Assembly: GCF_000008645.1 (NCBI RefSeq)
Contig: NC_000916.1
Coordinates: 210,001 to 242,000, forward strand
DNA from: Methanothermobacter thermautotrophicus str. Delta H
GTDB taxonomy: Archaea > Methanobacteriota > Methanobacteria > Methanobacteriales > Methanothermobacteraceae
Direction: 5' to 3'
DNA: 32,000 nucleotides
The notes beneath the pieces are model-generated. The model was given only the letters and a program-made list of their open reading frames with translations. It was not told the origin of the DNA and did not search any database. Positions 26,506 through 32,000 of this stretch are shown in pieces. Made by a program: the position numbers and the translations under genes. How positions within the stretch are numbered: position 1 is the first letter of the stretch; each line of letters begins with the position of its first letter.

Positions 26506-27543
26506 TCACTGGAGGAGGTCCCACATCCCTCTGACAAGGAAAATGGCTTCAATACTGTACTCGACCATGTCAGCCATGGCATCCATGTGCCCTTCAAGGG
26601 CTTCCCTTCCACCTGACTCCTCAATGAGGTTGCTGAAGGTGTCACGGTCTGAGAGGTATCCCGGTATCTCGGTGATGGTGCTGTGGACACCCCCACTGGA
26701 GGGGTCCCTCATGGAGACCAGGAAGGTTGAGGGGACACCTGCAACTGAGAATGGGAGGTAAACGTGGCTTATGGCCTGCTCGCCCGCCGGTGTTGAGGCC
26801 GCCATGAAATCAACCACATCGGCCCTGATACCGTGAAGGCGGGCGTTGAGGGCAATTAGGCCGACAAGGGCTGGGCTGCTGTCAGCGTAGTAGTCCCTCC
26901 TCACAATGCAGGGGCTCCCCATGCCCATGGCCTCCAGGCTGATAACCGCAATGGTTCTGTTCACCTCCTCCTGCCTGTTAAGGACGTGGTGCCTTGCACC
27001 TACCAGGTAGGGCAGATAGACTATCTGGTGGTATGCGTCAGGGGAGAGGGACGTCCTTTTCGGGGTTACCAGGGGGAAGGTGAAGCCATCCTCCCCGGCA
27101 CCGAAGGCGATGAGTTTGATTGTGTATGGTGGCCTCCGGTCATGGTACCTCTCTGCAATTTCAAGGAGCAGTGCAAGTCCGGTTGCATCATCGTTGGCCC
27201 CGGATGAGTAGTTCCCGCTCACGGGATCCACAGGAGTGTCCAGATCGGCGCAGATTATGATTTCACGCTCTGAATCACCCTCAATGGTGGCTATAACATT
27301 GCATGACCTCCTCACCCCCGGAGAGGTTAATGAGTAGTACCTGAATTCCTCCAGCTCCGTCTTTATCCCCATGGCCTGGAACCGTGAGGCAATGTACTCG
27401 GCGGCCATCCTTTCACTGGCTGAACCGGCGGGTCTTGGACCCACATCCTCTGAAAGGTGCTTCACTTCCCCCACCATATCCACGGGGTGAACCGGCTGGA
27501 TCGAAAAAATCAGAATGATAATGATCAGGGCCTTTAACTTCAT
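26506..27543 (-). CDS. M28-family (aminopeptidase-like) secreted metallopeptidase
   Basis: GPRPAGSASERMAAEYIASRFQAMG; ADLDTPVDPVSGNYSSGANDDATGLALLLEIA; LIAFGAGEDGF. Confidence 0.8.
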   Translation of the reverse strand: MKLKALIIIILIFSIQPVHPVDMVGEVKHLSEDVGPRPAGSASERMAAEYIASRFQAMGIKTELEEFRYYSLTSPGVRRSCNVIATIEGDSEREIIICADLDTPVDPVSGNYSSGANDDATGLALLLEIAERYHDRRPPYTIKLIAFGAGEDGFTFPLVTPKRTSLSPDAYHQIVYLPYLVGARHHVLNRQEEVNRTIAVISLEAMGMGSPCIVRRDYYADSSPALVGLIALNARLHGIRADVVDFMAASTPAGEQAISHVYLPFSVAGVPSTFLVSMRDPSSGGVHSTITEIPGYLSDRDTFSNLIEESGGREALEGHMDAMADMVEYSIEAIFLVRGMWDLLQ

Positions 27544-27693
27544 ACAACCACACTGATATTATGTCGCCCGGGTAATTAAATCATGGCATGATCAGATCTT
27601 CTGCCCGCCATACTGGTAAAGTTGTGATCTTTCTGCAGAAACCAGAGGGCTGAAGGATTTCCTGTCCTGAACCTGGCTGATAAAGGTTGGAGC

Positions 27694-28155
27694 TTAACCG
27701 GACGGCTGCATGCCCTGATCCTGTTCCTCATCATTCAATGAGTCAAGGATGGCTTTAATTTTCTCTGTAAACTCACGGAAGTCACTCAGGTGTTCCTGGA
27801 GTATTCTGAATGTTATACGGTCGTCTATCTTCCCGTACCGGCGCACCACGATATTCCTGAAGCCCCTCATGGCCTTTATCTTTTTGAATGTGTCCTCATC
27901 GATTATGCCTGATCTGAGGAGGTTCTCCAGGACCTCGCCATCGGAACCTGGCACGCCAAGGTTGAGGTCAGAGTTGAGGATTGAACATATGTCATAGACG
28001 TTTTCAACTGCAAATTCAAGTCTCTTATACATCCCGTCCCTTATGAGCCCAAGTTCTGAGAATTCACCGAAACTTTCAGGAAGGTTCTCCTCTATGAGTC
28101 CCACACTCTCCTCAATTTCGCGTATCTTGGTGAGTACAACGACCTTTCTGACCAT
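27694..28155 (-). CDS. hepT: HepT-like (HEPN, DUF86) protein of a MntA/HepT toxin-antitoxin pair
   Basis: MVRKVVVLTKIREIEESVGLIEENLP...AVENVYDICSILNSDLNLG...MRGFRNIVVRRYGKIDD. The ORF track start at 28362 is upstream of the likely start. Confidence 0.75.
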   Translation of the reverse strand: MVRKVVVLTKIREIEESVGLIEENLPESFGEFSELGLIRDGMYKRLEFAVENVYDICSILNSDLNLGVPGSDGEVLENLLRSGIIDEDTFKKIKAMRGFRNIVVRRYGKIDDRITFRILQEHLSDFREFTEKIKAILDSLNDEEQDQGMQPSG

Positions 28156-28165
28156 CTCACACCCC

Positions 28166-28555
28166 CTAACCCATCCTTTCAAGGCCAATGTAATCATAGA
28201 ATCTATGTCTGAAGTCATCGAAGTCCCTGATGGTCTTCCAGGCGGTATCATAGAGGAATCTTTGATCATCACAGTAGATGACCTCACCCCTGAGTACCTC
28301 AACCTGGACGTAGAGTGGTAATTGCTGGAAGATCTGGACGTCGAAAATCTCATCAACCTCACTCAGGACCCGGAACCTGTAGTATGATGCCTCATCCTCT
28401 TCAGCATCATAGTAAATTGCCAGGTCTATATCAGACCATTCACCGCCCCTGAGGGCGGAACCGTATAGTATTATGAAACGGATCCTCTCTGAGCCCTCAA
28501 TTTTCCTGATTACCCTCAGGAACCTGTCGACGTGTTTTCTGATAACTTCATCCAT
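28166..28555 (-). CDS. mntA: MntA-like minimal nucleotidyltransferase (antitoxin)
   Basis: FIILYGSALRGGEWSDIDLAIYY (GSx..DxD motif); adjacent to hepT. Confidence 0.8.
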   Translation of the reverse strand: MDEVIRKHVDRFLRVIRKIEGSERIRFIILYGSALRGGEWSDIDLAIYYDAEEDEASYYRFRVLSEVDEIFDVQIFQQLPLYVQVEVLRGEVIYCDDQRFLYDTAWKTIRDFDDFRHRFYDYIGLERMG

Positions 28556-28703
28556 ACCTTATGTTCTGTCTTTCATTTTTAGTATCCCTTTGCTTTGCAG
28601 CAGATATCACAGTAGAGTCATCCATTGTATATGATCATGCTTCTCTGGGGGCTTCTGAATAAATAGTAAATGATAATAATGAATACAGTCAAGATATCTA
28701 CCG

Positions 28704-29723
28704 GTGTTTCATGTGCTGGGATCCCTCTATGAAGAAGCGGCCCTCAGGGGGAGGATGCTGAAATCCTCAGCTGAATCCAGGCTCCAGGAACTTCCTGATG
28801 TCAGTGAATACTGGATCAGGCATGAGTCCATGGATGACTCACTCTCAACTGCAGCGGCTGATGGGGGCTCGGGTTTTAAGGAATTTTCAGGCCTCATACT
28901 CGCAGCCATCAACACCGCCGTGCTCTCAGATTCGGGTGAGATTGTTGAGGGGAGCTTCCTGGACATCCTAGGACCCCAGTCAGGCATAAGGGAGCGGGTG
29001 AGGAACCTCACAGCCATATGTGAATTCAAGAACAGCATAATCGCCATGGAGGACCTCCAGCCCGACCTCCTCATCCTGGACGGCTCCCTCATAGGGACCA
29101 TCCTGAGGCCTGTGAAGTATGATGGGGTTCTGGGGAATGATGTTAAGGGATGGATAAGGAGTCACTGCCTGAGGGAGGTGGCAGCATCAATGGATGGGGT
29201 CCATGTACATTCAAGGTCCATGGAGGACACCATCAGGGACGCCCTAAGGTCTGAAAGACCCGTGGTTTACCTTGAGGGCATTGAGAGGATGGTATCCATA
29301 TGGAAGCTACTCAAGAAGAGCAGGGACATCGTGGCGGTATCTGAGAGGTCAACCATGTCAGACATATTCGGGGATATGTCTGATCTCTCTGTATTCAATA
29401 CACTCACAGCTGGCCCCGGCCACTCCGTCCCGATTCACAGAGAACTATCAGGTCTCAAGGGCAGGTTCCCTGTCCTTGATGCGTTCTTCAGCAGCCTTGA
29501 ATTCACGGTGTTCTATGCCAAGCTCGAGGAGAACGGCAGGGTCCTTAAATTCGAGGTACCGCGACGTCTGGGCACCGCTGAAATTGGTGAATACCTTGAG
29601 GGTCTCAGGGCATCATCGGCGGACGGCTACCCCCACATCCTCAGAAGGGTGAAGGAGGATGTAAGGATAACAGCCTCTGAGATGGATATCATCGCCGGGA
29701 TGGTCCTTGAGGGCCTCATCTAA
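28704..29723 (+). CDS. nurA: NurA-domain nuclease
   Basis: TAAADGGSGFKEFSG, LQPDLLILDGSLIG, and overlap with the downstream HerA ATPase. Confidence 0.8.
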   Translation: MFHVLGSLYEEAALRGRMLKSSAESRLQELPDVSEYWIRHESMDDSLSTAAADGGSGFKEFSGLILAAINTAVLSDSGEIVEGSFLDILGPQSGIRERVRNLTAICEFKNSIIAMEDLQPDLLILDGSLIGTILRPVKYDGVLGNDVKGWIRSHCLREVAASMDGVHVHSRSMEDTIRDALRSERPVVYLEGIERMVSIWKLLKKSRDIVAVSERSTMSDIFGDMSDLSVFNTLTAGPGHSVPIHRELSGLKGRFPVLDAFFSSLEFTVFYAKLEENGRVLKFEVPRRLGTAEIGEYLEGLRASSADGYPHILRRVKEDVRITASEMDIIAGMVLEGLI

Positions 29724-31182
29724 AGATACTGGAGGTTCGGTCTTGGGATTCGTGGGAAGGTGCTATGGTGAGACATCACCCTGGAGGGTGAGTTTCGTAT
29801 CAAGGGAGATGCCCGGGGTTGGCGAGTACGTTGTGATGGAGTATGATGGACGGAGAATACTGGGGATGGTGGAGTCGCTCCTACGGGGCGTCCCGGGCGT
29901 CACCGAGGACCTGAATGACCCTGAGACGGTTGAGAGGATAATCAGGGTCACAGGGGGGAGGCAGTACGTCAGGGGCACCGTCAGGATACTGGGTGATGTT
30001 GAAACCCTGGAGATACCAAGGGTGCCGCCAGGTCCAGGGACGGAGGTGAGGTCAGCCGACCCGGAGACCCTCGGGAGGATATTCGGGCGCGGAAACCTGA
30101 CCCTCGGGAGGCTGCTCACAGCCGACGCACCATTCACTGTTGACATCAACCGCATGGTCACAAGGCACCTGGCGGTCCTTGCAGTCACAGGGGCGGGTAA
30201 ATCCAACACCGTGGCGGTGATAGTGGACGGGCTCCTCAGGGCAGGGGGTACCGTCATAATCTTCGACATGCACTCAGAGTACGTCAACGCCAGGTTCACA
30301 GGTGGAAGGGTTAACAGAATAGGGGCATCCATAAACCCTGCCCACCTCTCACTCAGAGAGATTAAGAGACTCAGCAACGTCAGGGATAACGCCTACGTCC
30401 AGGAAAGGTACCTTGCAAGGGCCCACAGGAGGGTAAGGTCCGGGATGAAGGATGGCAGCTCATCACCAGCTGAATTCTTCAGGAGGATGGATGAGAAACT
30501 GGATGAGCTTCTCTCAGAGAACAGCAGCGACAGGAGGAGCATAATCGATGTCCAGAACAAGCTGGAGCACATGCGTGAATCCTATGAGGAGATAATAGAC
30601 CTTGAGTCTGAGGGGATAATTGAGAGGCTCAGATTAAACCATGTCAATGTGATCGACCTCGGCTCAGTGGATGAGACAGGTTCCGATGTCATTGTGAGTC
30701 ATGTGCTCCAGGAGGTCCTCCAGAGCAGGAAGGAGTATCTCAGGCATGGAACTGGCCTTGAGACACCAGTATTCATGGTCCTTGAGGAGGCCCACATCCT
30801 CGCACCCTCTGACCGGCCAACCGAGTCAAGGTACTGGATAGGCAGGGTCGCCAGGGAGGGGAGGAAGTTCGGGGTCGGCCTCTGTCTGGTGAGCCAGAGC
30901 CCCAAGTCCCTTGACCATGAGGCCCTCTCCCAGGCCAACAATATGATCGTAATGCGCCTCATTGAACCCAATGACCAGCTGCATGTCCAGAGGGCCAGTG
31001 AGGCCCTCAGTGATGACCTCCTCTCACACCTCCCCTCACTGAACATCGGGGAGGCGGTTGTGGTCGGCCTCATGGCACCCTTACCGGCCATTGTGAGGAT
31101 AGAGGAATTTGAGGGTAAGCTCTCGGGCGGTGACCTTGACGTTGCCGGGATATGGAGTGGTATGCGGGTAGGGGATGAGTAG
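29707..31182 (+). CDS. herA: HerA/FtsK-type hexameric ATPase
   Basis: LAVLAVTGAGKSNTVAVIVDGLL; TVIIFDMHSEYV; VFMVLEEAHILAPS; RYWIGRVAREGRKFGVGLCLVSQSPKSLDHEALSQ. Confidence 0.9.
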   Translation: MRASSKDTGGSVLGFVGRCYGETSPWRVSFVSREMPGVGEYVVMEYDGRRILGMVESLLRGVPGVTEDLNDPETVERIIRVTGGRQYVRGTVRILGDVETLEIPRVPPGPGTEVRSADPETLGRIFGRGNLTLGRLLTADAPFTVDINRMVTRHLAVLAVTGAGKSNTVAVIVDGLLRAGGTVIIFDMHSEYVNARFTGGRVNRIGASINPAHLSLREIKRLSNVRDNAYVQERYLARAHRRVRSGMKDGSSSPAEFFRRMDEKLDELLSENSSDRRSIIDVQNKLEHMRESYEEIIDLESEGIIERLRLNHVNVIDLGSVDETGSDVIVSHVLQEVLQSRKEYLRHGTGLETPVFMVLEEAHILAPSDRPTESRYWIGRVAREGRKFGVGLCLVSQSPKSLDHEALSQANNMIVMRLIEPNDQLHVQRASEALSDDLLSHLPSLNIGEAVVVGLMAPLPAIVRIEEFEGKLSGGDLDVAGIWSGMRVGDE

Positions 31183-31249
31183 TTTGCTGCCGCATCTCCA
31201 TGTCTTTGGGGGTAAAGGATAAGTATCTTGATGTGTAAAGTATTCTACA

Positions 31250-31684
31250 GTGGTATTCATGACAGAGTCAGATTTTAGGGATTTCTATGATGTGCTTGTT
31301 GAAAACCTTGAATCATATAATGGGGAGTACGCATCCTTCATAGATTACGGGCCGAAACTCTTCAAGTTACTCACGGATTTTCTGGGCTATGAGCACCTTA
31401 AAGGCCAGCTTAAACTTAAGATTAGCGCTGCAATAGCCTACTACGTTGTTCCCATGGACATCATACCGGAGACAGTATACGGTGCATATGGCTACATCGA
31501 CGACATATTCATAACAGCATACGTTATAAGGATCCTGGCGGACGTTTACGGCTATGATCTACTCTCAGAGTACTGGGATGGGAAGGATGACCTTGAGGAG
31601 GTCGTCGAGCTCTGCTATGAGAGGTCAAAGGATGTCCTGAGGGATAAAACCAGTGATGTTCTGGATTATGTGGGGTTGCTCTGA
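31250..31684 (+). CDS. YkvA/DUF1232-family protein
   Basis: KISAAIAYYVVPMDIIPETVYGAYGYIDDIFITAYVIRILAD. Confidence 0.75.
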   Translation: MVFMTESDFRDFYDVLVENLESYNGEYASFIDYGPKLFKLLTDFLGYEHLKGQLKLKISAAIAYYVVPMDIIPETVYGAYGYIDDIFITAYVIRILADVYGYDLLSEYWDGKDDLEEVVELCYERSKDVLRDKTSDVLDYVGLL

Positions 31685-32000
31685 TCAGCTATTCTCAGGA
31701 ACCCTGTTCTCCCATTTCATATCTTCAAGGACTCCGAGGACGTTTCCAAGGGATTGCTTCTCTACACTGATTTCAATCAGAAGTTCGAAGCACTCATCAT
31801 CCCTGAGGATCATGCACTTCTTCATTGAGGGTATGAGGTCCCTCAGTTCATTCATGGTCTCAATGACAACGTTACCGCTCACAATACAGTTCATCATGAG
31901 GTTGAGGTTTTCGCCGTCAGGGTTTATGTAGAGTATCTCCTTCCTCTGGACACCATTATCTTCAGGTTCTTCCTTTAATGCTTCCTTCTCTGGTTCTATC
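31685..32000 (-). CDS. C-terminal part of a hypothetical protein running off the window
   Basis: The minus-strand frame stays open beyond the reported ATG: ...IEPEKEALKEEPEDNGVQRKEILYINPDGENLNLMMNCIVSGNVV... Confidence 0.6.
   Translation of the reverse strand, partial: IEPEKEALKEEPEDNGVQRKEILYINPDGENLNLMMNCIVSGNVVIETMNELRDLIPSMKKCMILRDDECFELLIEISVEKQSLGNVLGVLEDMKWENRVPENS

Noticed and set aside
29763-30377. 204-aa minus-strand ORF and other antisense ORFs over nurA/herA
   Set aside because: Antisense of convincing HerA coding sequence; no independent evidence.
1-32000. CRISPR arrays, tRNA or rRNA genes, complete transposons
   Set aside because: No regularly spaced 24-37-bp repeats, no recognisable cloverleaf/TPsiC (GGTTCxAxxCC) set, and no transposase-like ORF was seen by eye. 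A tool-based scan (tRNAscan-SE, Infernal, ISfinder) would be needed to be definitive.

Overview
This 32 kb window looks like a thermophilic methanogen chromosome, and the gene content resembles Methanothermobacter. That assignment is inference from a geranylgeranyl reductase, an F420/sulfite-reductase-like fusion, a pseudomurein-binding-like lipoprotein, archaeal TATA boxes and ATGA-coupled starts. Ordinary cargo includes a UbiA-family prenyltransferase, a digeranylgeranyl-lipid reductase with a coupled small ferredoxin that is absent from the supplied ORF track, a PadR regulator, a membrane histidine kinase, an M28 peptidase, a MntA/HepT pair, and NurA-HerA. Two regions stand out. (1) At about 7.98-15.62 kb there is a co-directional, tightly packed cluster: a coiled-coil protein, a ClpB-like AAA+ with a degenerate first module, a possible degenerate vWA protein with a Zn ribbon, a frameshifted FGE/SUMF1-like protein, a radical-SAM activase, a Zn-ribbon P-loop GTPase, and a protein whose N-terminus resembles the GTPase-associated GAP1-N domain. 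This is a candidate NTPase/GTPase-centred conflict or stress system. (2) At about 21.0-25.0 kb there is a full-length but divergent extra copy of the RNA polymerase A' subunit, broken by two apparent 1-nt deletions. It lacks rpoB/rpoA2 neighbours and lies directly downstream of a double Zn-ribbon protein. Smaller observations are an amber codon in a lipobox, a relic of the same lipoprotein-like family 3 kb away, a 44-bp tandem repeat carrying TATA-like elements, two structured intergenic palindromes, a HepT whose catalytic His position is Arg, and a set of frameshifts all consistent with a missing base. No CRISPR array, tRNA or rRNA was recognised.
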